A stretch of DNA of 64,000 nucleotides from the NCBI GenBank assembly GCA_964476705.1, contig CAYZBM010000002.1, forward strand, positions 6,980 through 70,979, written 5' to 3'. Each line of letters begins with the position of its first letter. Position 1 is the stretch's first letter. The notes below the pieces were generated by a model. The model searched no databases. It was not told where the DNA came from and worked only from the letters and a program-made list of their open reading frames with translations. Shown piece by piece: positions 1 through 11,900 of this stretch. The position numbers and the translations under genes are program-made. Origin of the DNA: an uncultured Rickettsiales bacterium (GTDB lineage Bacteria > Pseudomonadota > Alphaproteobacteria > Rickettsiales > UBA6187).

Positions 1-438
1 AAGCAAGTGGTTGATGTTAACCTTATGGGCGCCATTAATGTTATTTATTCGGTATTGCCAATTTTTAAAAAACAAAATATGGGCCAGATAGTTTTATGTG
101 CTAGTGTAGCCGGGTTTCGGGGGTTGCCTAATGGTCAACCATATTGTGCAACCAAAGCGGCACTAATTAGTTTGGCCGAAAGTTTATATGTTGAAAATAA
201 GAAATTTAATATCGATATTCGCCTTATTAATCCTGGATTTGTGAAGACTCGCCTTACTGATCAAAATAATTTTAATATGCCATTTCTTATATCTCCAGAA
301 GAAGCGGCTAATTCTATAGTTAGTGGTTTAAGAAGTAATAAGTTTGAAATATCCTTCCCAAAATTTTTTGTATATATTATGAAGATTCTTAGGATGCTAC
401 CCAATAAACTATATTTTTTCTTAGCTAATAAATTTTAA
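1..438 (+). CDS. short-chain dehydrogenase/reductase (SDR), C-terminal part; 5' end lies outside the window
   Basis: Frame-1 ORF is open from nt 1. It has the catalytic YxxxK motif (PYCATKAAL) preceded by the SDR-like strand LCASVAGF. Confidence 0.8.
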   Translation, partial: KQVVDVNLMGAINVIYSVLPIFKKQNMGQIVLCASVAGFRGLPNGQPYCATKAALISLAESLYVENKKFNIDIRLINPGFVKTRLTDQNNFNMPFLISPEEAANSIVSGLRSNKFEISFPKFFVYIMKILRMLPNKLYFFLANKF

Positions 439-469
439 ATATTATTCCTTAATAAAAATGGACATGTAG

Positions 470-1573
470 ATGACAACATTATTTGATAAAATAAAGCTTG
501 GCGACATTACTCTTGCTAACAGGATCGTTATGGCTCCGTTAACCAGAATGAGAAGTAAGCAACCTGGAAATATCCCCCAAGAAATTAATGCTAAATATTA
601 TGCTCAGAGAGCAACAGCAGGACTAATTATTTCTGAAGCAACTCAGGTTTCACAGCAGGGTCAAGGTTATCCAGCTACCCCAGGAATTTATTCAGAAGAT
701 CAAGTTAAAGGTTGGAGATTAGTTACTGATTCTGTTCATAAAGCTGGCGGAAAAATATTTCTTCAATTATGGCATGTAGGTAGGGTATCTCATAGATCTC
801 ATCAGCCCAATGGAGATCTTCCAGTTTCGGCATCCGCAATTAAGCCAGAAAATAGCGGAACCTTTTCAGCGCAGTGGAAACCAGTTTCTCTTGAAACTCC
901 TCGTGCTTTAGAATTATCTGAAATACCATCAATTATTAATGATTTTAAGAAAGGTGCTGAAAACGCAAAAGCTGCGGGCTTTGATGGCGTTGAGGTTCAT
1001 GGAGCAAATGGATATTTAATAGACCAGTTTTTACAAGATGGTTCTAATAAAAGAACAGATATTTATGGAGGATCTGTAGAAAATAGAGCTAGATTACTGT
1101 TGGAAATAATAGATAGTGTTATAAGTATATTTGGTAAAGATAGAGTTGGCGTTAGATTGTCTCCTTATGGGACATTTAATGATATGAAAGATAGCGATCC
1201 TAAGGCCTTATTTTCTTATGTTCTAGATGAGCTTAATATAAGAGGTATTGCTTATGTTCATATGATAGAGCCAAGAGCAACAAGTGCTGGTGGTAATGAT
1301 GATTTTAACCCTGAGGCTCCAAGTACCTCTCAATTATTTAAGAAGCACTTTAAAGGAATCTTTATTTCAGCTGGAGGTTACAACTCAGAATTAGCTAAAA
1401 AGGCAATTGATTCAGGACAAACTGATGCTATTGCTTTTGGTAGATTATTTATTTCTAATCCAGATCTTCCTAAAAGATTAAAGTTGGGCCATGATCTTAA
1501 TAAATATGACCGATCTACATTTTATGGTGGTAGCGAGAAAGGCTATACTGATTATCCGTTTATGGATGAATAG
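470..1573 (+). CDS. NADH:flavin oxidoreductase, Old Yellow Enzyme family (NemA-like)
   Basis: N-terminus LANRIVMAPLTRMRS, plus HGANGYLIDQFL and GVRLSPYG motifs typical of OYE/N-ethylmaleimide reductases. Length 367 aa. Confidence 0.9.
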   Translation: MTTLFDKIKLGDITLANRIVMAPLTRMRSKQPGNIPQEINAKYYAQRATAGLIISEATQVSQQGQGYPATPGIYSEDQVKGWRLVTDSVHKAGGKIFLQLWHVGRVSHRSHQPNGDLPVSASAIKPENSGTFSAQWKPVSLETPRALELSEIPSIINDFKKGAENAKAAGFDGVEVHGANGYLIDQFLQDGSNKRTDIYGGSVENRARLLLEIIDSVISIFGKDRVGVRLSPYGTFNDMKDSDPKALFSYVLDELNIRGIAYVHMIEPRATSAGGNDDFNPEAPSTSQLFKKHFKGIFISAGGYNSELAKKAIDSGQTDAIAFGRLFISNPDLPKRLKLGHDLNKYDRSTFYGGSEKGYTDYPFMDE

Positions 1574-1616
1574 TTGGTGGTGAAAAAACATCTTAGGATA
1601 TTTTTTCACAACCGAC
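1573..1616. terminator. 44-nt extended hairpin between convergent genes; putative bidirectional terminator (hairpin family H, copy 1)
   Basis: GTTGGTGGTGAAAAAACATC-ttag-GATATTTTTTCACAACCGAC. About 20-bp stem with A6/T6 tracts inside. It starts on the last base of the TAG stop of the upstream gene and ends 3 nt before the katG stop. Confidence 0.6.
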
Positions 1617-1618
1617 TA

Positions 1619-3814
<2,196 letters not shown>

Positions 3815-3827
3815 TTATTATCGCTCA

Positions 3828-3978
3828 TATAGCAGTTAAAGCTTGCGCTTACCTAAATTTTTATGGATCTCGGTCTCAAAGTACTCGGGATATGTGTAGC
3901 ATCATAGCAATGATTTATTTAAATAATTAAAACAGAAAATCATTAGCAAATCAGCGATTTATTATTGATCTACTATAG
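3828..3978 (-). mobile_element. MITE-1 family copy (modules B+A, reverse orientation), 14 bp upstream of the katG start codon
   Basis: It is the reverse complement of the copies at 14115-14235 and 27524-27650. Termini are TATAGCAG...CTACTATAG, with the internal hairpin GCAATGATTT/AAATCATT. Confidence 0.8.
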
Positions 3979-4002
3979 TTTATATTTTAAATAACAACTA
4001 AA

Positions 4003-4025
4003 TATAGCAGAACAAGCAATGATTT
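4003..4025 (+). repeat. MITE-1 5'-terminal fragment
   Basis: TATAGCAGAACAAGCAATGATTT matches the first 23 nt of module A. Confidence 0.6.
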
Positions 4026-4037
4026 GCTACCTGATTT

Positions 4038-4073
4038 ATAAAAAATATCTTATGATATTTTTTTGCGTACAAC
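4038..4073. terminator. degenerate copy of hairpin family H just downstream of ohr
   Basis: The AAAAAATATC-ttat-GATATTTTTT core is shared with the hairpins at 1573 and 37330. It ends ...CAAC like the other copies. Confidence 0.45.
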
Positions 4074-4079
4074 TAAATA

Positions 4080-4487
4080 TTACTTTTTAATATTTAAAAT
4101 AACATCAATATTTCCTCTGGTAGCCTTAGAATAAGGGCAGCCTTCATGAGCTTGATCGATAATTTTTTTTGCAGTTTCATCATCAACTCCAGGAAGAGTA
4201 ACATCTAAAATTACACTGATAAAATATCCACCATCATCATCTTGATTTAAATTAACAGCTGCCTGAACTTTAATTTCTGAGATTGCAATTTTATGTTTTT
4301 TAGCAACTCCTTCAACCGCGCTACCAAAGCAAGCACTATAGCCAGCTGCAAATAATTGTTCAGGATTAGTCCCTGGTTTATTGCTTCCGGGAGCAGAAAG
4401 TTTTACTGAGAGTTGTTTGTCGTCAGTTTCTGAGTAACCATTGCGACCTGATATTGTTGTAGCGTGAGCTGTGTAGAGAATCTTCAT
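4080..4487 (-). CDS. ohr: organic hydroperoxide resistance protein (Ohr/OsmC family)
   Basis: 135 aa. Both catalytic cysteines sit in Ohr context (GYSACF and GCPYSKATRGNI). Confidence 0.92.
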   Translation of the reverse strand: MKILYTAHATTISGRNGYSETDDKQLSVKLSAPGSNKPGTNPEQLFAAGYSACFGSAVEGVAKKHKIAISEIKVQAAVNLNQDDDGGYFISVILDVTLPGVDDETAKKIIDQAHEGCPYSKATRGNIDVILNIKK

Positions 4488-4520
4488 ATGAGTTATTCCT
4501 TTTTTAGATTAGAAATTAAT

Positions 4521-4673
4521 CTATAGTAGATCAAGAAATAATTTACCTCTAATCAATAATTATTAAATTATTTCTATGATGCTACATATCCTGAAAAAAC
4601 ATATACTTATAATACTATTTATGTTTTGTTCAGGATCCATAATATAGGTCATTTCAATCATGAAATACTATAG
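4521..4673 (+). mobile_element. MITE-1 family copy (modules A'-C-D), 34 bp upstream of the ohr start codon
   Basis: Terminal inverted repeats CTATAGTA...TACTATAG. Internal hairpins GAAATAATTT/AAATTATTTC and CCTGAAAAAACATA/TATGTTTTGTTCAGG. Confidence 0.8.
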
Positions 4674-4876
4674 CCTATTTCTTATTAAAATTTAATCATA
4701 AAATAAGGAAAAATAATAAAGAAGGTGTAAAGTGTGAGTTTTAGTGTGTTTGAACGATAAGAGAGCTGGATATTACAGAATATTTAAATAAGTCCGTCTA
4801 TGCGCTCAAGACTTTAAAATATGATTATAGCTGATAATTATGTAGTTTACTTAAGGTGCTTGGAAATTGCTGATTA

Positions 4877-4946
4877 GCTACGACGCGACATCCACTTCTC
4901 TCGCTTACGTCAGCTTCTCTCTATGCTCGTCGCGCCGAAGCGTAGC
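4877..4946 (-). other. GC-rich structured island immediately 3' of tRNA-Ala; function unknown
   Basis: About 55% G+C against a ~30% background. Long-range pairing GCTACG-ACGCGAC...GTCGCG-(CCGAAG)-CGTAGC, with a CGC-UUCG-GCG tetraloop hairpin on the minus strand. Confidence 0.3.
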
Positions 4947-4955
4947 GAAGGCGGA

Positions 4956-5031
4956 TGGTGGAGCCTAGGAGGGTCGAACTCCTGACCTCCTGAATGCAAA
5001 TCAGGCGCTCTACCAACTGAGCTAAGGCCCC
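4956..5031 (-). tRNA. tRNA-Ala (anticodon UGC), CCA encoded
   Basis: Reverse complement is GGGGCCTTAGCTCAGTTGGTAGAGCGCCTGATTTGCATTCAGGAGGTCAGGAGTTCGACCCTCCTAGGCTCCACCA. It shows the G3:U70 identity pair and a TGC anticodon. 76 nt. Confidence 0.95.
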
Positions 5032-5169
5032 ATAAAAAGTTGTAAGTTTAAGACTAACTTACTTTTGGTTTTGGCGCTTTTACACCAAAAAAACCTCAAG
5101 GTCAATTGCTTTAAAGATAATTTTATAATAAAAATTATTTTAGAGCCTAATTTTAGGCTAATTTATTAT

Positions 5170-5790
5170 TTATAATCTGGTAATTATAATTTTATTTATC
5201 TGCTGGGTTATGGTTTTTATATCTTGATTAGCATCTATAATTATATGGGTTTTAGGGTTATTCTGCGCTATTTTTAAGAATCCTTCTCGAACTTTAATAT
5301 GATATTCTATATTCATGGACTCATAACGAGTTTCAGTATTGTGACGGCTCACCGAGCGTTTAATTCCTATTTTAGGGTCGATATCTAAAACAAAAGTAAG
5401 ATCAGGCTTTATGCCAGATGAGGCAATAATATTTAACTGTTCTATTTGGTTAATATCCATATTGTTGCCGTAACCCTGATAAGCGGTGGTTGAGTCGCAG
5501 AATCTATCGCAAATTACCATTTTGCCTTGTCTCAAAGCAGGTTTAATAACTTTTTCAACATGTTCATTGCGTGCGGCTAAATATAATAATAGTTCTGCGG
5601 TTTTTGCCCACTCTTCAGCGCGGTCTTTAACTACTAAATCTCTAATAACTTCAGCGTTTTTAGTGCCTCCAGGCTCTCTAGTTATAATAGATGGAAGATT
5701 TTTTGTGCTAAAAAAATCTTGTAAAAGTTTAACTTGAGTTGATTTGCCTGATCCTTCAGGTCCTTCAAAAGTAATAAATTTTATGGTCAT
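5170..5790 (-). CDS. tmk: thymidylate kinase
   Basis: P-loop FEGPEGSGKST, TREPGGT and DRF motifs. 206 aa. Confidence 0.93.
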   Translation of the reverse strand: MTIKFITFEGPEGSGKSTQVKLLQDFFSTKNLPSIITREPGGTKNAEVIRDLVVKDRAEEWAKTAELLLYLAARNEHVEKVIKPALRQGKMVICDRFCDSTTAYQGYGNNMDINQIEQLNIIASSGIKPDLTFVLDIDPKIGIKRSVSRHNTETRYESMNIEYHIKVREGFLKIAQNNPKTHIIIDANQDIKTITQQINKIIITRL

Positions 5791-5987
5791 GTTATGCTAC
5801 ATTTATTTTGAAAATATTATTTTATCCTGGTTTATTTCCTAGGTAATAGATTATAATTTACTATCTGCAAAGTTATAAAAGTCAGATTTTTAAGGTAGTA
5901 ATCAATAAATATTTAGTTTATATGTTGGTTTTAGCATTTTAATATATGTATATTGTATAAAAATATAAAGATCTAAAAGAAATAATT

Positions 5988-6398
5988 ATGACCTCACGTA
6001 TTGAAAAATTATGTATCGAAAAAGGTCTTAAAATGACCGAACAAAGACGGATTGTAGCGCAAATTATCTCTGAATCGCATGATCATCCCGATGTTGAAGA
6101 AATCTATAATCGTGCGGTTAATAAAGACCCAAATATCAGTATTGCAACTGTATATAGAACTATGCGAATGTTTGAAGAGGCTGAGATTGTGAATAAACAT
6201 GATTTTGGCGATGGAAGATCGCGTTATGAAGAATCTTCAACCGAGCATCATGATCATTTAATTGATATTAAAAGTGGCAAAATTATAGAATTTCACGACG
6301 AAGATATTGAATTATTGCAAGAAAAAATTGCTAAAAAACTGGGCTACAAATTAGTTGACCATCGTTTAGAGCTTTATGCTGTGCCGATTAAGGAATAG
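5988..6398 (+). CDS. fur: Fur-family transcriptional regulator
   Basis: Winged-helix segment ISIATVYRTMRMFEEAEIV and HHDHLID metal-site motif. 136 aa. Confidence 0.88.
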   Translation: MTSRIEKLCIEKGLKMTEQRRIVAQIISESHDHPDVEEIYNRAVNKDPNISIATVYRTMRMFEEAEIVNKHDFGDGRSRYEESSTEHHDHLIDIKSGKIIEFHDEDIELLQEKIAKKLGYKLVDHRLELYAVPIKE

Positions 6399-6403
6399 TA
6401 CTA

Positions 6404-7285
6404 TTATCCACGTTTTCTTGGTTCTGCCGGCTTAGCAGCGGCGGAATCTAACTTCATATCTGGATCTATTTGTAAAGATTCAAGTTGCTTTATAAGGCCT
6501 ACGAAGTCATCGTAGCAACTATTAAGTAGCTTTGGATCTTGATCTAAACTATGGACAGAGTCTAGACTATCTATTACTTGCTTGCATTTTTTTTTAAATT
6601 CATTTGGATTTGAATCGCGTAATTTTATTAATTCAGCAACTCTTTTTTGTTCTGCTCCGCTTAATAATTTTTCTTTAAGATTTTTTGCTACCATTTTGCC
6701 ATTATCAAAAATTACTTCTGGAATCCTTGTAGCCCCTGGCCTTAGGTAAAAAAGTAGATCAGATTCAACTTGTCGTATTTTATTCTGGTTTATACCAAAA
6801 TCAAATTTAATTTTTGGACGCTGGCGTTCTTCTTCTAAAGAACTTGCGTTTTGAGGAGAAATTATATCTATTTTGCTAAAAGTACATTTCCCGTCTTTAA
6901 ATTCTGCAGCTACCGCTATATCAGGATTTAAGGTCTTTATTTGATATTCTAACTTTAATTCCGTTAGTTTGTCTTTTAAGTAACAAGTTCTATTAGAAGA
7001 TTTTTCTTTTTCTGGCACTAGAATTATTATTGATGGCTTTTTGCCCTCACTTTCTTCCTTCTGTAATTTATCAAGTTCAGTTTCTATAAAATCAAGTCTT
7101 GTAGACATGGTTATGCTAGTTACGGAAGCCATATCCTTAGAATTATTCATAATTAAATATACGCTTTGAACGTTAGTAGAATCCATTCTTCCTGTTACAA
7201 AAGTTATTTCAGAACCTTTTATTCTAGCAGTTTGATTGTTAAATAAAATAAGCCCTCTAAGATCTTGAGATTCTGCTTTTGCCAT
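6404..7285 (-). CDS. hypothetical protein (ORFan, 293 aa)
   Basis: Long ORF in a tight convergent arrangement with fur. No motif I recognise. Confidence 0.6.
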   Translation of the reverse strand: MAKAESQDLRGLILFNNQTARIKGSEITFVTGRMDSTNVQSVYLIMNNSKDMASVTSITMSTRLDFIETELDKLQKEESEGKKPSIIILVPEKEKSSNRTCYLKDKLTELKLEYQIKTLNPDIAVAAEFKDGKCTFSKIDIISPQNASSLEEERQRPKIKFDFGINQNKIRQVESDLLFYLRPGATRIPEVIFDNGKMVAKNLKEKLLSGAEQKRVAELIKLRDSNPNEFKKKCKQVIDSLDSVHSLDQDPKLLNSCYDDFVGLIKQLESLQIDPDMKLDSAAAKPAEPRKRG

Positions 7286-7486
7286 AAAAATACTACTCCA
7301 TTTTGTAAGGAAATAAAAGATTTTGCGGTGTATAGATGTATAATACGATAGTTAATATTTTAAAATATTCAAGGTAAAAAAATACAATACTCGCTTTTTT
7401 AGTAAATATACTGTATATGCAAGAACATAAAAATGGGACGTAATTATTAGAAAAAAATTAAAAGACCAACTATATGGTAGAAAAAT

Positions 7487-8839
7487 ATGTCAGCAAAACA
7501 ACAAAAAAAATTATATATAAAAACCTATGGTTGTCAGATGAATCAATATGATTCATCAAGAATGTTAGATATTATGAAGCCATATGGTTATGAATTAAGT
7601 GAAGATTATGATAATGCGGATATGGTAATTTTAAATACCTGTCATATCAGAGAAAAAGCTGCAGAAAAAGTTTATTCAGACTTAGGTCGGATTAAAAAAG
7701 CTAAAAATAAAAAAGAAAATAAAACTCCAGATGATAAAATGTTAATTGCTGTTGCAGGTTGCGTAGGTCAAGCAGAAGGCGAGGAGATATTTAAACGTGC
7801 TCCTTATGTAAATATTGTAGTGGGCCCGCAATCTTACCAATCATTACCAGATTTAATTAGCAAGGTAAATAGAGATAGAGGCCATGCAATTAATCTAGAA
7901 TTTGAAGATGATAAATTCGATAAGCTACCTGCATCTACAACTGAGCCGGTAAATGGTATGGCTATTGTGTCAGTGCAAGAAGGTTGTGATAAATTTTGTA
8001 CTTTTTGTGTAGTGCCTTATACCCGCGGGGCTGAATATTCTCGGCCAGTTGCAGATATTTATCGGGAATGTTTACAGCAAGCAAGTTTAGGTGCTACAGA
8101 AATTACTTTACTTGGGCAAAATGTTAATGCTTATCATGGAGTAGATCATGAAGGAAATGTCTGGAACTTAGGAAAATTAATAAATCATATCGCTAATATC
8201 CCGCAAATTAAAAGGATTAGATATAGTACTTCGCATCCTAGAGATATGCATGAAGAGTTATTTTTAGCTCACGGAAAACAAGAAAAATTAATGCCGTTTT
8301 TAAATTTACCAGTGCAGTCAGGTTCGGATAAAATTTTAAAAGCGATGAATCGTAAACATACCCGTAAGCAATATTTAGAAATTATAAAAAGATTAAGGCA
8401 AGAACGGCCTGACATGCAATTTAGCTCGGATTTTATAATAGGTTTTCCAGGTGAAACCGAAGAAGATTTCCAAGATACTATCGATTTAGCAAGACAAGTT
8501 AATTTTATCCAATCTTATTCTTTTAAATATAGTCCAAGACCAGGAACTCCTGGGGCCGAAATGGATAATCAAGTGGCTGAAGATGTTAAGCTCGAAAGGT
8601 TACATAGATTACAAGCTCAGATAACTACTCAGCAATTGGCTTTTAACCAATCTTGTGTTGGGAAAATTATGGAAATTATTCCAGAAAAATCTGGTAGAAT
8701 GGCGGGCCAATTAGCTGGTAAGACGGTTTATATGCAGTCGGTTTATATTAAAGATGCTCCAGAAAATATTTTAGGACAATTTATAAAAGTTAAAATACTA
8801 AATGGTTATGCAAATAGCCTTGAAGGTGAGTTAATTTAG
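7487..8839 (+). CDS. miaB: tRNA-i6A37 methylthiotransferase
   Basis: N-terminal YIKTYGCQMNQYDS, radical-SAM CDKFCTFCVVP and a C-terminal TRAM domain. 450 aa. Confidence 0.96.
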   Translation: MSAKQQKKLYIKTYGCQMNQYDSSRMLDIMKPYGYELSEDYDNADMVILNTCHIREKAAEKVYSDLGRIKKAKNKKENKTPDDKMLIAVAGCVGQAEGEEIFKRAPYVNIVVGPQSYQSLPDLISKVNRDRGHAINLEFEDDKFDKLPASTTEPVNGMAIVSVQEGCDKFCTFCVVPYTRGAEYSRPVADIYRECLQQASLGATEITLLGQNVNAYHGVDHEGNVWNLGKLINHIANIPQIKRIRYSTSHPRDMHEELFLAHGKQEKLMPFLNLPVQSGSDKILKAMNRKHTRKQYLEIIKRLRQERPDMQFSSDFIIGFPGETEEDFQDTIDLARQVNFIQSYSFKYSPRPGTPGAEMDNQVAEDVKLERLHRLQAQITTQQLAFNQSCVGKIMEIIPEKSGRMAGQLAGKTVYMQSVYIKDAPENILGQFIKVKILNGYANSLEGELI

Positions 8840-8993
8840 CAAATTGCTTTAAAAGATTAATTCTTAGTTAATTTTAGCAGTTATTTTCTTCTATATTTTT
8901 GCATATTATCGCCATTATTAACCTTATATTAAGATAATTAACCTACAATTAGTGCTGTAATATTGGTTACAGATTAATTGTAAGGGTAATATC

Positions 8994-11900
8994 TTGCCTA
9001 GTATAAGTAAAAGATCTGATGAAGAGGTTGTGGATAGAAAGGCATTGTTTAAAGATGCTTATAGTTTTTACGTGCGGAAATATTTATCGGCAGCAATAAA
9101 AAACGCAAACTTAGATCCAGAAGAAAATACTAGTCAATCTCAGTCATCATATATTACCTCAGCATTAAAAAAACATGAAGAATCAAAAAAGGCTGAAAGT
9201 AAAGCGCCTCAAACTTTTTTTGGTGTGCTGCCTAATTATATAAAACTAGCCCAAGATATATTTCGAAATAGATGGAATTATATCCCAGCTTTTCTAGGAG
9301 GAAAAAGTGCAGCTAATAAAAAATTAGCGATGATGGCTAAAGATTTAGATTTGTTAGATAGCGCTAAAATTAATGAAGCTGTAGAAGAGGTTGCTAGGAG
9401 TACCGATATAGAAGAGACTGCTTCAAGGGAAGAAGTGATTGCTCAAGCTAAATCTCTTGCCGCCAAAACGGTAAAAGATTTAAGCCAAAGAAGAGATTTA
9501 GCAAGCAGTGCACCAAAGCAAATAGCTAATGCGGCATTACGTAGAAAAGATGATAAAACTACATTAAATGATGCTCAAAAAAAAGAAGTATTCGTTAATA
9601 GTTTTGTTAGTCTTTTAGTAAAAAGAGGAATTAAATCTGATTTGAGATATTTTGGTTTGTTGTCAGAATTAGACTTAGATAATAAAAGTGAACAACAAGT
9701 AATTACTGAATTAAAAGAATGTACTATACTGCTCTATGATAACCCGAAATTTAAAGATCAAATTTCTGGTGGTACTAGAGATGAAGTAGAAAATATGGCC
9801 CAAATTATGGCCAGAGATGTTATTTCTGCTTATGATAAAGATGATTTTCATGCTGATATATCTGAATATAATGGTCGTAAAGATTTAGTTCTACTAAAAG
9901 GAATTATTGTTGGCGAAAAAGCCAAATCAGGAATTTTAACCTTAGATAGAATGCCAAAATGGGTAAGAGGTTTTGAGGAGATAATTCATGATAATGAAGA
10001 TGTTTTAAAGAAAGAAGTATCTAGTATTACTCCAGTTAAAAAAGCTCAAGAATATTTCAAAAAGAGTTGTAAACGTAGACTTACTGGAATTTTTATAGAA
10101 GCAATTAAACAGCAAACCGCTTCTAATGCCACAAAGACCAATCTTTGGTCGCTTTCAGCTAGCGCTGCACAAGCTGGAGTAGGTCCTTGGGGTGCAACAG
10201 CAGTTATCTTTGGTAGAAAGTTACTTGAAGGGACTCAAAATTCTATTTCTGAAGCTGGAATGTTAATTGGTCCTGATACTGCTAAAAGAATTTTCTCTTA
10301 TATGGAAGAGCAATTTAAGAATGTACCAAAGCAGGATATTGAAAAGCATTTGGAAAAAATTATTGATGAAGCAGTAGAGGATATTTCAAAAAATTATACT
10401 AAAAATAATAGTAATGTTAGTACTAAAGATATAGACAAAACAGTTACCGAATATTTAGAGAGATATGTAGATTTAGTAAGGCGCGGTAGATACGATCCTA
10501 CTAAATCAATGAAAGATCATATGGAAAGTGCCGCCGCAATTAAAAGCCGTAAATTATTTCATAAAACACCAAAAGATTATTTTAAAGGTGAAAGATCTTT
10601 TGATTCATTAGCTAAAGATAAGGATGAAGTAGAGAGAGATCCTGAGGGTCTAGAAGAAGAATTTGCTCGGTCTTTTGCTATAAAATTATATAAATTAGCG
10701 AGAAAAGATAAAAAACAAGTAGTAATAAGTAATAATTATCATTTAGAAGATAAAATAAAATCTGGAATTAAAAACTTAAAATTTGATGAGCATGTAGTTT
10801 TACAGAAATTATTAGGTGATCTTCCCGGAGCAGATAGTGGACAGCTTAGGGCCAAACAGGTAGAAAGTCTAGGTAGACAGCTTTATAAACAATATAAAGC
10901 TCAAGTATTAATTCCTGAAACTGAAAAAACTATAGATATTCGTAAATATGCTAAAAGACTTGCAGAATATTCATATGAGAGTGCAAATAGTAGCAAATTT
11001 AAGAAAACTGTTTTACAAGAAGGGATAGCTAAAGACCCTAGAGCCAGATTAGATTTGGCAATTAAAATGGGCAAAGATAAAGGTAACTTTATTACAAGGT
11101 TAGCCCATAAAGTAGCAGTTAAGTTGGCTAAAGCTACACCTGATGTAGCCGTTACTGAACCTAAGATTTCTTCTAAATCTAAAGATAAACAAGAACAAGA
11201 TAAAAAAGAAACAGGAAATATTTTTGTTGAAGCCGGTAGTACTAGAGCCAAGGATTTATTAATAACTAGTATTTCAAGAAATGTAAAAGTTCCGAAAAGA
11301 ACTAATTCTTTTGCGTTGTTTTTTAGTATTCCGACTATTGTATTTGCTGGAATCAATAATCCTTCGCATATTTTTGGCGCTTTACTTGATGAAGCTCGTT
11401 ATTTAAGGTCATTAAAAAAACAACAAAATACTGAAAATCTTTTTAAAATTGCCTTAACCAATTCTGAAGGTTTTGATAATGATGTAAAAGAAGCTTTTGA
11501 TGAAATACATAAGTTATTTTCCGGACAAATTAATCAGCTTAATGATAAGGGAAAAGTTTATTTTGCTTATAAGATAATGGAGGCTTACGGCAAAGATGTT
11601 AAAGATAATAGATATAATGGTGGGATGCCGGTTAAAGATCAAATCTTAAGTTCAGTGCTAAAATATCCAGATGTTTTAAAAACCTTAGCTATTGATAAAA
11701 TACAACCGAAATATTTAAGAAATCCCAAAGCCAAATTAGATTTTAAATTAGAGCATATAGATATAGCTAGAGTTATAACAATTACTCCAGAGGAAAGAAA
11801 AAGGCAATTTGTTGATGCTTTTACCACTAAACTTGCAGCAGATTTTGGTATTGATAGCGTAACTTTAGATCTAGATAAACATAATAGAAATGAACTTTAT

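Noticed and set aside
4877-5031. Two-piece (permuted) alphaproteobacterial tmRNA, given a tRNA-Ala-like sequence next to structured GC-rich RNA
   Set aside because: The tRNA is a complete canonical tRNA-Ala with an intact anticodon arm and UGC anticodon. I saw no tag-peptide reading frame or tmRNA pseudoknot pattern.
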